DNA of 64,000 nucleotides from positions 2,326 through 66,325 of the forward strand of contig JANOPS010000127.1 of assembly GCA_031421995.1 (NCBI GenBank). Direction: 5' to 3'. Numbering within the stretch: position 1 is the first letter of the stretch; the number at the start of each line of letters is the position of its first letter. A model generated the notes under the pieces. It had not been told where the DNA came from and did not search any database. It saw only the letters and a program-made list of their open reading frames with translations. This document shows positions 35,531 through 45,200 of this stretch, piece by piece. The DNA comes from Gemmatimonadaceae bacterium (GTDB lineage: Bacteria > Gemmatimonadota > Gemmatimonadetes > Gemmatimonadales > Gemmatimonadaceae). The translations under genes were made by a program, and so were the position numbers.

Positions 35531-37042
35531 ATGCTTCGCTCTCTCTATGCCGGTGTCTCCGGCCTGCGCAACAACCAAACGCGCATGGACGTGATCGGCA
35601 ATAACATCGCGAACGTGAATACCGTCGCGTTCAAGGCCGGCCGCGTGACCTTCAAAGAAGGCTTCGCGCAATTGCTGCAAGGCGCCAGCCGTCCGCCCGG
35701 CGATCAAGGCGGTATCAACCCGATCCAGATCGGGCTCGGGATGCAGATTGGATCGATTGACCAGATCTTCAATCAAGGCAACCTGGAAACGACGGGACTC
35801 AATACTGACGTCGCGATTCAAGGGGACTCGTTCTTCGTCGTACGCAAGGGGAACCAGAGCTTCTTCACCCGCGCCGGCAATTTTCAAGTCGATTCGCTCG
35901 GGCAGCTGGTAACACCGGCCAACGGCTTCATCGTGCAGGGCCGCATGTACGAGAACGGCGTCCTGCTGGACGGTATTCGCGACGTACGCCTCCCGTTCGG
36001 ACAGAAAGTGTCGGCAAAAACGACGACCGAAGCCACACTTGGTGGGAACCTGAACGCCTCGTCGCCGACCTTCCAGGGCGACTTCAACGATCCGCTCGAT
36101 CGTGCGCTGCCGATCAACGAAAAAGCATGGACGGAAACGCAGATCGCCGTCTTCGATTCACAGGGTACGAAGCACGACGTCAAGATTCAGCTCTGGAAGA
36201 CAGGGCAGAACACGTGGGACTGGCGGCTTGATCCGAACGCCTCAGCCACCACCTCCACCTTTGGGACGGATGCGCTGTCGCCGCCTTCCGATATCGCGTT
36301 GCCGGTCCCGCCGTCCGGCTACGAAATTCTGCCCGCGAATGTGCGCGTGACGAGTGCCTCGGGTACGGAGTTCACGTCACCGGCCGACTTCACCTTCGCC
36401 CCGCCGAATGTGCAGTTCACTGCCAACATGCCGTCGAACTCTGAGATCAAAATCTCGTACTTCATGAGCCCGACCACCGTGGTGCCAACTGTGAACAGCG
36501 GCACGTTCACCTTTGATACCAGCGGGATCATGAACACCAACGTCGCGGCATCACTGGATTTTGCGGTACCGGGCGCGGCACCACTGCTCATCAACCTCAA
36601 GTTGGCCGGTGGCGTCAATGGCCTCACGCAATTCGCGGCGACCAGTTCAACCGCTGTCCTGCGAGACCAGAACGGCTTCACCGCCGGCGCGCTCGAGGAC
36701 TTTGCGATCGATCGCTTCGGACTGATCACGGGCTTCTTCACCAACGGCACCACGTCGTCCTTGGCCAAGATCGTTCTGGCCGACTTCAGCAACCCGTCCG
36801 GTCTGATCCGCTCAGGCGACAACATGTACCAGGAGTCGGCAAACTCCGGCGGAGCAGTGCTCGGATTTGCGCTCGAGGGTTCGCAGTCGGCGCTGACCAG
36901 CGGCGCGCTGGAAATGTCAAACGTGGATCTCGCTCAGGAATTCACGAACATGATCGTGGCACAGCGATCGTTCCAAGCGAACGGCAAAGTCATTACGACG
37001 GCCGACGAGATGCTGCAGGAGCTGATGAACGTGAAGCGGTAG
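35531..37042 (+). CDS. flgE: Hook protein FlgE
   Basis: MLRSLYAGVSGL...IGNNIANVNTVAFK...FTRAGNF...GALEMSNVDLAQEFTNMIVAQRSFQAN. Confidence 0.97.
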   Translation: MLRSLYAGVSGLRNNQTRMDVIGNNIANVNTVAFKAGRVTFKEGFAQLLQGASRPPGDQGGINPIQIGLGMQIGSIDQIFNQGNLETTGLNTDVAIQGDSFFVVRKGNQSFFTRAGNFQVDSLGQLVTPANGFIVQGRMYENGVLLDGIRDVRLPFGQKVSAKTTTEATLGGNLNASSPTFQGDFNDPLDRALPINEKAWTETQIAVFDSQGTKHDVKIQLWKTGQNTWDWRLDPNASATTSTFGTDALSPPSDIALPVPPSGYEILPANVRVTSASGTEFTSPADFTFAPPNVQFTANMPSNSEIKISYFMSPTTVVPTVNSGTFTFDTSGIMNTNVAASLDFAVPGAAPLLINLKLAGGVNGLTQFAATSSTAVLRDQNGFTAGALEDFAIDRFGLITGFFTNGTTSSLAKIVLADFSNPSGLIRSGDNMYQESANSGGAVLGFALEGSQSALTSGALEMSNVDLAQEFTNMIVAQRSFQANGKVITTADEMLQELMNVKR

Positions 37043-37087
37043 GCCGCGCTGATGGGTTGATCGGCTTCGACTAAAAGGCCAGTTGAG

Positions 37088-37140
37088 GACGGAGGGCGGC
37101 GCGCGAAGGCGCCGTCCGCCGTCTTTGACGTTTGTTCTTG
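37088..37140 (+). terminator. Intrinsic terminator after flgE
   Basis: GACGGAGGGCGGCGC-loop-GCGCCGTCCGCCGTC stem followed by TTTGACGTTTGTTCTT. Confidence 0.65.
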
Positions 37141-37142
37141 AC

Positions 37143-37314
37143 GGGAAAGAATTGCCGTGTCCGGTCAGTGCTGCCGGGTCTTGAGATGCGCACGCGCTAC
37201 ATTCATCTTCCAGAGCAGGGGCGCGTCAGTTGACATAAGCCATTGTCAAATAGGCTTTTAACTGCCGTCACGCTGCGCCGATGCGCGCGCTGCATTCGTG
37301 GCACCAGTCCTGCT
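37143..37314 (+). promoter_or_regulatory. sigma54 promoter module of the fliL operon (enhancer variant, IHF-like site, -24/-12)
   Basis: GGGAAAGAATTGCCG (37143-57); TGACAATGGCTTA on the minus strand (37236-48); TGGCACCAGTCCTGCT (37299-314). Confidence 0.72.
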
Positions 37315-37355
37315 TTCTGTGTGGACGTTCGCTCCCTCCCACGACTGCAATTCCT

Positions 37356-37946
37356 ATGGCTGCTCACGAACCCGCTCCAACACAACCTGGCCACGATGCC
37401 GCACCCGCGCCAACGGGTATGAAGGCGAAGCTGCCGATGATCGCGATGATCGCTGTCGGACTTGCGATCGGCGGCGGAACTGGCGCCGCGTTCATCGGTC
37501 CCATGGTCGCCAAAAAGATGGGCAAGTCCGCCCCCGCAAGGACCGAGGCGGCCGCGCACGATGGCGAAGCCGGCGCTGACGGTTCGCACGACGCCGCGGC
37601 CGCCGAAGGCGATCATGCGGCTCCCGAAGGTGACAAGGCCGCTGAAGCCACGGTTCACGTCCTCGAGAACCTCGTACTCAATCCTGCAGGAAGCGGCGGC
37701 AGTCGCTTTCTGTTGTTGACGGTGGCCATTGAAGCGGGCACCGCAGCAGTCGCTGCCGACATGACGACGCGCGACGCCGAACTGCGAGACATCATCCTGA
37801 CCTCGCTCGGCTTGAAGACGGTGGACCAGCTGACGGATATGGCCGTGCGAGACAGCATCAAGACGGAGGTACAAACCGCCATTGCGGCCCGCTTCGGCAA
37901 AAAGTCCGTCAAGCGCCTGTACTTTCCGCAGTTCGTCGTCCAATAG
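37356..37946 (+). CDS. fliL: Flagellar basal-body protein FliL
   Basis: Single TM, then LENLVLNPAGSGGSRFL...ELRDIIL...LYFPQFVVQ. Confidence 0.93.
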   Translation: MAAHEPAPTQPGHDAAPAPTGMKAKLPMIAMIAVGLAIGGGTGAAFIGPMVAKKMGKSAPARTEAAAHDGEAGADGSHDAAAAEGDHAAPEGDKAAEATVHVLENLVLNPAGSGGSRFLLLTVAIEAGTAAVAADMTTRDAELRDIILTSLGLKTVDQLTDMAVRDSIKTEVQTAIAARFGKKSVKRLYFPQFVVQ

Positions 37947-37964
37947 GGCGAAAGCGCGTCTGCC

Positions 37965-38972
37965 ATGGCCAACGAAACTCTGAGTCAAAACGACATCGAT
38001 CGGTTGTTGAGCGGAAGCGGCACTGGGTCGCGCTCCACGCCCGGTGGCGTCCCTGGTGCCGACGTGCAGATCTATGATTGGCGTCGACCGCATCGCGTCT
38101 CGAAAGAACGACTCCGATCACTCGAGGCGATGTACGAGCGGTTGGTCAAAGGACTCGAAGCATGGCTCACGTCGCGTGTGCGTGGACAGATGGAAGTGCG
38201 CCTGCAAAGCGTGGAACAGTTTTCCTTTGGCGAGTTCGCGCTGTCGCTCCCGATGCCCTGCTCATCGTTCATTTTTGATGTGGCCGGAACGGGTCACCGT
38301 GGCGTCATCGATGTTGGTCCCGAACTTTCGACGTTTCTCATCGATCGGTTTTTCGGTGGTGAGGGCACCGGGAATGCGCTCACGCGCATCCTCACGCCGA
38401 TTGAACGGCTGGCGGTGCGCGGCGCCGCCGATCGTATCGCCTCGCTCCTGCAGGAGATCTGGTCTGACCACGTGCCGATGGAGATCGCCGTCTCGGGCTT
38501 TGAGTCGTCTCCGGAGATTCTTCAGGTGGTCGACCGGGACGATCCCGTGCTGGTGGCCAACGTCGAGTTCTCCGCGGGCAACGTCAGCAGTCTCGTACTG
38601 ATCTGTCTTCCGCTCTCGGCGCTCGACAAGTTCTTCTCGTCAAGCGGACCCAAGCGCGCGCCAACGGTATCACTCAGCGCGGCCGAGCAGGAGAGCGCCC
38701 GGCAGCGCAGCGAAGCGGCGTTGCGTGCCACGAAAGTGCCGCTCACCGCGCGCCTGCCGGACTTTCATCTCTCGATGCGCGACATCGCTCGACTTGAAGT
38801 GGGGAGTGTCATCCCTACCGGTATCTCGAAAGACGCGCGCGTGATCGTTCGTGCCGGGTCGCAAGAGCGGTTCATCGGGCACGCCGGACGCGTCTCCGGC
38901 AACCTCGCCATTCGCATTCTCGACGCAGTACCCTCCGCGTCCCCGACTCCAGACACACGGACACCTGTATGA
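37965..38972 (+). CDS. fliM: Motor switch protein FliM
   Basis: LSQNDIDRLL CheY-binding peptide, YDWRRPHRVSKERLRSL, C-terminal SpoA-like domain. Confidence 0.95.
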   Translation: MANETLSQNDIDRLLSGSGTGSRSTPGGVPGADVQIYDWRRPHRVSKERLRSLEAMYERLVKGLEAWLTSRVRGQMEVRLQSVEQFSFGEFALSLPMPCSSFIFDVAGTGHRGVIDVGPELSTFLIDRFFGGEGTGNALTRILTPIERLAVRGAADRIASLLQEIWSDHVPMEIAVSGFESSPEILQVVDRDDPVLVANVEFSAGNVSSLVLICLPLSALDKFFSSSGPKRAPTVSLSAAEQESARQRSEAALRATKVPLTARLPDFHLSMRDIARLEVGSVIPTGISKDARVIVRAGSQERFIGHAGRVSGNLAIRILDAVPSASPTPDTRTPV

Positions 38973-39388
38973 ATCCCGATGAAATCGACGCCCTCGTGGC
39001 GAGCGCACAGGCAACGAAAGCTGCTGGCCAGCCGCTGTCCTCTCTCGCGAATGATGCACCGGCGGTGCCCGTGCCGCGCGCACCACAGTTCACGGAATTC
39101 GAACAGACGATGCTGAACAGCAGCGAAGTGCCCATCGGCATGCTGCTGGATCTGTCATTGCCGATTTCGATTGAACTCGGGCGGACGACGATGACGGTGC
39201 AGGAGCTCCTGCGACTTGGTCGTGGTTCTGTGGTGCAGTTAGAGCGCCTTGCCGGCGAACCCATTGACATCTACGTCGGCGATCGTCGCTTTGCCGAGGG
39301 TGAAGTGGTGGTGCTTGGCGAGCATTTCGGCGTGCGAATCACGCGCATCATACAGACCGGGAACGCCGGCAACCAGCAGCTGGCCTAG
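38969..39388 (+). CDS. fliN: Motor switch protein FliN
   Basis: LLDLSLPISIELGRT...GSVVQLERLAGEPIDIYV...GEVVVLGEHFGVRIT. Confidence 0.95.
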   Translation: MNPDEIDALVASAQATKAAGQPLSSLANDAPAVPVPRAPQFTEFEQTMLNSSEVPIGMLLDLSLPISIELGRTTMTVQELLRLGRGSVVQLERLAGEPIDIYVGDRRFAEGEVVVLGEHFGVRITRIIQTGNAGNQQLA

Positions 39389-39394
39389 CCGCTC

Positions 39395-41023
39395 ATGCTC
39401 TCCGCCGCGCTTGCCGTTGTCGCTTCCCTCGCCTTTGTGCTAGGGCTCGGCGCACTATGTCTCTGGGCGCTCAAGCGCTGGGGCTCTCTGTCCCTCGCGT
39501 CGAAGCCGCGCATCGCGGTCGAGGTCGTGCAACGGATCGCGCTTGGACCGAAGACAGGACTGGCCGTGGTGCGCGTTGGTGAAAAGGTCATGGCCGTGTC
39601 GGTTGGCGAGGGGGGAATTCGCACACTCTTCGAGCTGGACGAAGCCGATCGACGGCACGTGATCGAGAGCAGTCAGGTCCCTACGCCGATGGTGTCGAGT
39701 CGTGCAGCATCGACCGCGTTCGCCAAGTTCCTTCCTGGAGCGTTTGGCGAGGCAATGTCGACGGCGATGTCCAATACCACGGCGACGAACCACGTCACGA
39801 CGGCTGCCCCAAGCGCAGCGATGACTCCTTTCGCCGAGGGGACATATGTCGCCAGACCGCTCGAAGGTGATCTCCGTATCATGTTCGGTGGCGCGCTCAG
39901 TGGCGCGACTCGGCTCCTCGTACTCGCGGGTTTCGTGGTCATGGGCTCAACGCGTGCGTCAGAGCTCGCGGCGCAAACGATCACGCCGACCGTGCCCGCT
40001 GCAACCACGCCGAGACCCGCCGCAACAACACCAGGTGCCCTCCCCGCTCGTGCCGGTGCAGCGCCGACCGTTGGCACCGGGCAACCAACGCCACCGGTGG
40101 CACCATCGGCGCCGCTTGTTCCACCGTCCATGCGTTCCGGTCGTGGTGCGGCCACCCGTACCGCAACGCCAGCCGCCACAGCGGCTCCGGCCCAGGGCAA
40201 TGGCGCCGCGACAACCGCGGACGGTACGGCGACGCGTCGACCGATGTCGCAGATGCAGGTCGACTCGTCGGCCAAGAGCGGCGCGAGTGCGCGCGCCACT
40301 AGCGCGCCGCCCGCCGCCGTCGGCGCTGACGAGGCCATCATGCGTATGCTCCCCCAGATGGACGTCCAGTTGGGTGATGCGAAAGATGGCGGGCTTCGAC
40401 TGAACGGCACGGTTGGCATCGTCGTGATGATGGGGCTGTTGACCTTGCTGCCGACGCTCCTCCTGATGATGACTGGATTCACGCGCATCCTGATCGTACT
40501 GCACTTCCTGAAACAGGCGATGGGCACGCAGAGTGCACCGCCTGCTCAGTTGCTCGCTGCGATGGCTCTGCTGCTGACCGGGTTTGTCATGGCCCCCACG
40601 CTAAGCGAGGTAAATAGCAAGGCAATTACTCCGTGGCTGGACGGCACCATCACACAGGTCGAGATGATGAAGACCGGCGTGGTCCCGATGCGCGAGTTCA
40701 TGCTCAAGCAAACCCGAGAGTCGGATCTGAAGACGTTCGTGGAGATGAGCCGCCTCCCGCGGCCCAATACGGCCGCCGATGTGCCACTCCACGTCTTGAT
40801 GTCCGCGTTCGTGGCCAGTGAGTTGCGGACCGCGTTCCAGATCGGCTTCGCGATCTACCTCCCCTTCATCATCATCGATACGGTGGTGGCATCGGTGTTG
40901 ATGAGCATGGGCATGTTCATGTTGCCGCCAGCCATGATTTCCTTGCCATTCAAACTGCTGCTCTTTGTCTTGGTTGACGGATGGAGCCTGACCATTAGCA
41001 GTCTGGTACAAAGCTTCAAATAG
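39395..41023 (+). CDS. fliP: FliO-FliP fusion protein
   Basis: N-terminal FliO domain (TM then VQRIALGPKTGLAVVRVGEK), long P/A/T-rich linker, C-terminal FliP core (TGFTRILIVL..LKQAMGTQSAPP...PAFxxSEL...MGMFMLPP..ISLPFKLLLFVLVDGW); one uninterrupted frame. Confidence 0.92.
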   Translation: MLSAALAVVASLAFVLGLGALCLWALKRWGSLSLASKPRIAVEVVQRIALGPKTGLAVVRVGEKVMAVSVGEGGIRTLFELDEADRRHVIESSQVPTPMVSSRAASTAFAKFLPGAFGEAMSTAMSNTTATNHVTTAAPSAAMTPFAEGTYVARPLEGDLRIMFGGALSGATRLLVLAGFVVMGSTRASELAAQTITPTVPAATTPRPAATTPGALPARAGAAPTVGTGQPTPPVAPSAPLVPPSMRSGRGAATRTATPAATAAPAQGNGAATTADGTATRRPMSQMQVDSSAKSGASARATSAPPAAVGADEAIMRMLPQMDVQLGDAKDGGLRLNGTVGIVVMMGLLTLLPTLLLMMTGFTRILIVLHFLKQAMGTQSAPPAQLLAAMALLLTGFVMAPTLSEVNSKAITPWLDGTITQVEMMKTGVVPMREFMLKQTRESDLKTFVEMSRLPRPNTAADVPLHVLMSAFVASELRTAFQIGFAIYLPFIIIDTVVASVLMSMGMFMLPPAMISLPFKLLLFVLVDGWSLTISSLVQSFK

Positions 41024-41262
41024 CCTGTTGGGGAGTGGAAGGATCGTCGCACCGCGCAAACGGCCTGCTGAAAGCCCGGCGCACCGCGACGAATGGAGCG
41101 GCCGTTCACTCTCTCGTGGACGGCCGTTCGTCGTATCGGGCCGTTGCGGCGTGACGCCCTGCACCGCGTGTCGTCATGTGATACGGAAGTCCGCCGCGAA
41201 TCCTGTTGCCGGAACGAACGCCGAAGCCGGTGTCGTCCTGCTGCCGAGCATGGACCGTGGAC

Positions 41263-42750
41263 ATGTCAGTCTTCATTGCCATGCGAATGTCTGTGCCGCA
41301 CGCCACATCATGTGTCGTGGCGCTTTCCGAATTGATCACGAGACTCGCCACACGAGCGGATTTTGTGTCGATCAAGGAGGTCTTCGCCTCGCTGTGCTTG
41401 TTTGCCAGTGAGGGACATATCGAGTTGGTGGACTCGGACGATGGACTCCGCGCCAACGACCTGCAGTTCCCCCCATACAGCGATGACGCGCGCGCCCTGC
41501 TGGAGTCCATGCGCTGGCACGGGATCGCCGCGCTTGATGTGGATTGGTCTGCCGAACCGGAGGAGCTGTTCCAGTTGGCGCGATTGCTTGGCGACCGCTC
41601 CGAGAACGGCCACGCAGCTGACGATTCGTTTGACAGTCAGGCGCATCGTGCCGGCTGTTGGCATGTCGCGGTGCGCATGCGCGCGAGTACCGAACCGCAG
41701 ACAGCGCTGGGTCTTTTGGAGCAGAACGAGACCGCACCCGTGGCGCTCGCTGACAGCGTTCAGTCGCTGGCGCAAGCGCTTGGACTCGCGGAGACGACCG
41801 TGCGACGCGCACGTGATCTTGAAGGGGAAGGTGCCGCGCTAGAACTCACGCGCGTCTTGCGCGACGTCCTGCGCGTTGAAGGTGCGCTGTGCGGCGCCCA
41901 CGATGAGCTAGCCGCCGTGCGGAAGGTGTGGAGCAACACCTTTGACCGCATCGTAACGCGCGACGTCCTGGAACTCGTGTCGTTGTTGCTGCCATCGCGA
42001 GGGCACGCTGACCCAGACGTCCTCGCGGTGTTGGCGCGGGCCGGCGAGACGGCCGCAGGCGTGTTGATCCGCCGTCTGCTGGGAGCGCAAACCCTGTCGG
42101 AGCGCCGCGTGCTGTACGATGCAATTGTGCATGTGCGCGCGGGCTTCAGCACACTGGTGCGCTGCCTCAATCACTCGCAGTGGCATGTCGTACGTAATGC
42201 GGCGCTGCTCCTCGGGTCCATGCGCGCCCGGAATGTCGAGAGCGATCTGGCACGCACACTCAAGCACAGTGACGCTCGCGTCCGTCTGGCGGTGGTGACG
42301 GCGCTATCCCACATCGCCTCGGTCCCGGCACTGACGCTCGTGGAAATGGCGATGGCCGACCGCGACAGGTCCGTCCGTCTCCGTGCCTTTCGGAGTCTGC
42401 ATGCGCGTCACGACTACCAGATCTCCGCTCGCTCCATCGCTGACGCCCTTGACGTCGAGCAGAACGCTCATGTGCAGATCGATCTCCTCCAGGCCCTTAT
42501 TGACGCGCCCAGCGCAAACCTCGTGCCGAAGCTGATGCGCTTCTGCACCCCCGGTCATCACCGCAGGTTCTCCGCCGACGTGCGACTGGCCCTGCTCGAA
42601 GCGCTCGCCAAGCTTCGGCCAACACCGGCAGAACCCCTGCTGCGACTCGCTCGACACGATCACGATCCCATGATCCGCGAACGAGCGAATCGGCTCGTTC
42701 AAAAACCGCGCGACGCGAGTCCCTCTCACGACGCAGCACACCAGCTGTGA
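41263..42750 (+). CDS. HEAT/PBS-lyase repeat protein
   Basis: Repeated helical units WHVVRNAALLLG, DARVRLAVVTALS, DRSVRLRAFRSL, DPMIRERA; start uncertain (41206-41287). Confidence 0.75.
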   Translation: MSVFIAMRMSVPHATSCVVALSELITRLATRADFVSIKEVFASLCLFASEGHIELVDSDDGLRANDLQFPPYSDDARALLESMRWHGIAALDVDWSAEPEELFQLARLLGDRSENGHAADDSFDSQAHRAGCWHVAVRMRASTEPQTALGLLEQNETAPVALADSVQSLAQALGLAETTVRRARDLEGEGAALELTRVLRDVLRVEGALCGAHDELAAVRKVWSNTFDRIVTRDVLELVSLLLPSRGHADPDVLAVLARAGETAAGVLIRRLLGAQTLSERRVLYDAIVHVRAGFSTLVRCLNHSQWHVVRNAALLLGSMRARNVESDLARTLKHSDARVRLAVVTALSHIASVPALTLVEMAMADRDRSVRLRAFRSLHARHDYQISARSIADALDVEQNAHVQIDLLQALIDAPSANLVPKLMRFCTPGHHRRFSADVRLALLEALAKLRPTPAEPLLRLARHDHDPMIRERANRLVQKPRDASPSHDAAHQL

Positions 42751-42795
42751 CAATCTCCGTTCGCACGCCTCGGCAATTCCGCCCTATCACAAGAT

Positions 42796-42919
42796 AGGCA
42801 GTTTCTGCCGCTGGCGGCGAGACGTCTCGGTGTCCTTTTGGCGAGGGAAACATAAGTCGTTGTGAATGCGTGGTTTACGCGATAATCGTCAGTTCGGTCG
42901 GAATGGTATGATCTGTGCC
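42796..42919 (+). promoter_or_regulatory. sigma54 promoter module of the fliQ operon
   Basis: AGGCAGTTTCTGCCG (42796-810); TCACAACGACTTA on the minus strand (42853-65); TGGTATGATCTGTGCC, GG-N10-GC (42904-19). Confidence 0.65.
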
Positions 42920-42983
42920 TTTGGAGGTGCCTGAGTCGCTACGTCCGCGACACCGCTGTCCCCTCAGCCCCAACCGACGCACG

Positions 42984-43253
42984 ATGTCTCATCAGATGGT
43001 CATCGACCTCACCCGCGACGCGATCATGACGGCGCTCATGATCGCCGCGCCCATGCTGCTCATCGCGCTCGGCGTGGGATTGATCGTCAGCGTCATCCAG
43101 TCGGTCACCCAGATTCAGGAACAGACCCTGGCCTTCGTTCCGAAGCTGATTCTTGTTGGCGGCGCATTCATTGTCGGGATGCCGTGGTTGCTGCAGATCC
43201 TGATCCGCTTCACGACAGAGCTCATTCGCGGCATCCCCGCGATGGTGGCCTGA
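42984..43253 (+). CDS. fliQ: Export apparatus protein FliQ
   Basis: GLIVSVIQSVTQIQEQTLAFVPKL. Confidence 0.96.
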   Translation: MSHQMVIDLTRDAIMTALMIAAPMLLIALGVGLIVSVIQSVTQIQEQTLAFVPKLILVGGAFIVGMPWLLQILIRFTTELIRGIPAMVA

Positions 43254-43258
43254 GCATC

Positions 43259-44104
43259 GTGCCCACCCCGCCGCTTGGCATGGTCGACTTCGGGCTTCCG
43301 GACTTCTTCGCGCCCGGTGCGGCCGCGGCGTGCGTACTCACCGCGCTGCGTGTCGGCGGCCTGCTCCTGATCGCGCCAGCGTGGTCGGCGAAGACCGTCC
43401 CGATGCGATTGCGCACCGCGATGATGGTCATGTTCGCGGTGCTCTTGCTGCCGGCCGCCCAGGCGCATGTCGACGTCGCGACCGTGCGCATTACCCCCGC
43501 CACGTTTCTCGCTGAATCGACGGTGGGCTTCATGATCGGCATGGCCGGGGCCTTGGTGATTGCCGCCGCGGAGTTCGCCGGTGAACTGATGACGACGACG
43601 ATTGGCCTCTCTGGCGCGGCCATCTTCGACCCGATCAACAATACGCAAGGCTCGCTGTTGCAACCGCTCCTGCAATTCATGGCGGTCATCATCGTGATGA
43701 TGGGCGGCGGACACATCATCATGCTGCAGGCAATTGCGCAGAGCTTTGTCTCGCTGCCACTCGGTGCTCCGCTCTCCGTTGGGGCGGGTGCCCACACCAT
43801 CGTGCTGGCGACGAAGTCGATCATCACTACTGGCGTACAATTCGCAGCTCCGGTGATCGCTGCCGTACTCCTGCTGAATCTCGCGATCGCCGTGCTTGGC
43901 CGCGCGGCACCGCAGCTCAACATCATGAGCGTGGCGTTCCCGCTGCAGATCGGCATGGGGCTGCTGACGTTCGCGGGTTCCCTCGCGCTGATCGTGCATG
44001 CGATGAGCGATTGGACACCCGAGTTTTCGACAACGATCGAATCGATGGCGCGCGCGACCCGCGGTTCGATGTCCGCCGCCAACCTCCCGCCCACGGTGCG
44101 CTGA
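43259..44104 (+). CDS. fliR: Export apparatus protein FliR
   Basis: LRVGGLLLIAP, AGELMTTTIGLSGAAIFDP, LGRAAPQLNIMSVAFPLQI; start 43259 (GTG) or 43280 (ATG). Confidence 0.94.
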   Translation: MPTPPLGMVDFGLPDFFAPGAAAACVLTALRVGGLLLIAPAWSAKTVPMRLRTAMMVMFAVLLLPAAQAHVDVATVRITPATFLAESTVGFMIGMAGALVIAAAEFAGELMTTTIGLSGAAIFDPINNTQGSLLQPLLQFMAVIIVMMGGGHIIMLQAIAQSFVSLPLGAPLSVGAGAHTIVLATKSIITTGVQFAAPVIAAVLLLNLAIAVLGRAAPQLNIMSVAFPLQIGMGLLTFAGSLALIVHAMSDWTPEFSTTIESMARATRGSMSAANLPPTVR

Positions 44105-44105
44105 C

Positions 44106-45200
44106 ATGGCTGAAGGCGAAACCGGCGAAAAAACCGAAGAGGCAACGAGCCGGCGCAAAGAAGAGGCGCGGGAGAAGGGACAGATCGCGAAGAGCCCCGA
44201 GCTCACAACGGCGGCGTTCCTCTTCGGTTCGACCGTGACCCTGTCCGTGGCGGGGCCCTCGTTATGGCGCTTTCTGCTCGACACGATGGGCCAGAGTCTT
44301 GCCACCGCCTTCGACCAGGAACGCATTGGCGTCTCGGCGATTCCCTGGCTGCAAACACTTGGGTTTCGCACGATTGTCGCACTGCTCGGCTTTGCTGGCG
44401 CGATGGCCTTGGTCGCCATTGCCGTCCAGGCTGCGCAAGCCGGCGGCATCATCACGACCAAGGCGTTGGCGCCGAACTTTCAGCGTCTCAACCCGATGTC
44501 GAACATTGGGCGCATCGCCGGAAAGCAATCGTGGGTCGAGCTGGCCAAGGCACTGTTAAAAATGGCCATCGTGAGCTGGGCGGTTTATGGCACACTGGTC
44601 GACGCGTGGCCCGACATTCAGGCGTTGGCACTCGAATCGCCACTCGCACTGCTGGACATTGTGCGCAAGTACGGCGTCGGCCTTCTCAAGAATGCCGGGC
44701 TGATGTTTCTCGCGCTCGCTGCCGCTGACTACGCGTGGCAGCGATGGAGTACGGCCGAGCAGATGAAGATGACCAAGCAAGAGGTGAAGGAAGAGTCGAA
44801 GTCGCAGGAAGGGAATGCCGAGATGAAGAGCCGTCGTCGTCAGGTGGGTCGCGAACGCATTCGACGTGCGATGTTCGCCGCCGTTCCCAAGGCCGACGTG
44901 GTGATTGTGAATCCGATTCATATCGCCATCGCCATCAAGTACGATCCCAGCATTGCGCCCGCCCCGATGGTTGTCGCGCTTGGCCAACGCAAGATCGCAG
45001 AGCGGATCAAGGCGCTCGCGTTTCAGCACGGCGTCCCGGTGATCGAGAACGTTCCGCTCGCCCGCGCACTCCTCGCGTCCACCAAAGTCGGCACGATGAT
45101 TCCCGTAGATATGTATCTCGCCATCGCTGAAGTGCTCGCCTTCATCCTTCGCCAGCGGCAGCGGTATGGGAACGCCTGGCGCGGCACGGTGGCCGCATGA
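44106..45200 (+). CDS. flhB: Export apparatus protein FlhB
   Basis: EKTEEATSRR, MTKQEVKEE.KSQEGN, VVIVNPIH autocleavage motif (NPxH). Confidence 0.96.
   Translation: MAEGETGEKTEEATSRRKEEAREKGQIAKSPELTTAAFLFGSTVTLSVAGPSLWRFLLDTMGQSLATAFDQERIGVSAIPWLQTLGFRTIVALLGFAGAMALVAIAVQAAQAGGIITTKALAPNFQRLNPMSNIGRIAGKQSWVELAKALLKMAIVSWAVYGTLVDAWPDIQALALESPLALLDIVRKYGVGLLKNAGLMFLALAAADYAWQRWSTAEQMKMTKQEVKEESKSQEGNAEMKSRRRQVGRERIRRAMFAAVPKADVVIVNPIHIAIAIKYDPSIAPAPMVVALGQRKIAERIKALAFQHGVPVIENVPLARALLASTKVGTMIPVDMYLAIAEVLAFILRQRQRYGNAWRGTVAA

Noticed and set aside
35990-36060. Spirochete-type lysinoalanine crosslink site in FlgE
   Set aside because: The AKTT Lys region is present, but the partner position reads GGNL rather than xCNL, so the required Cys is absent (comparison from memory of Treponema FlgE).
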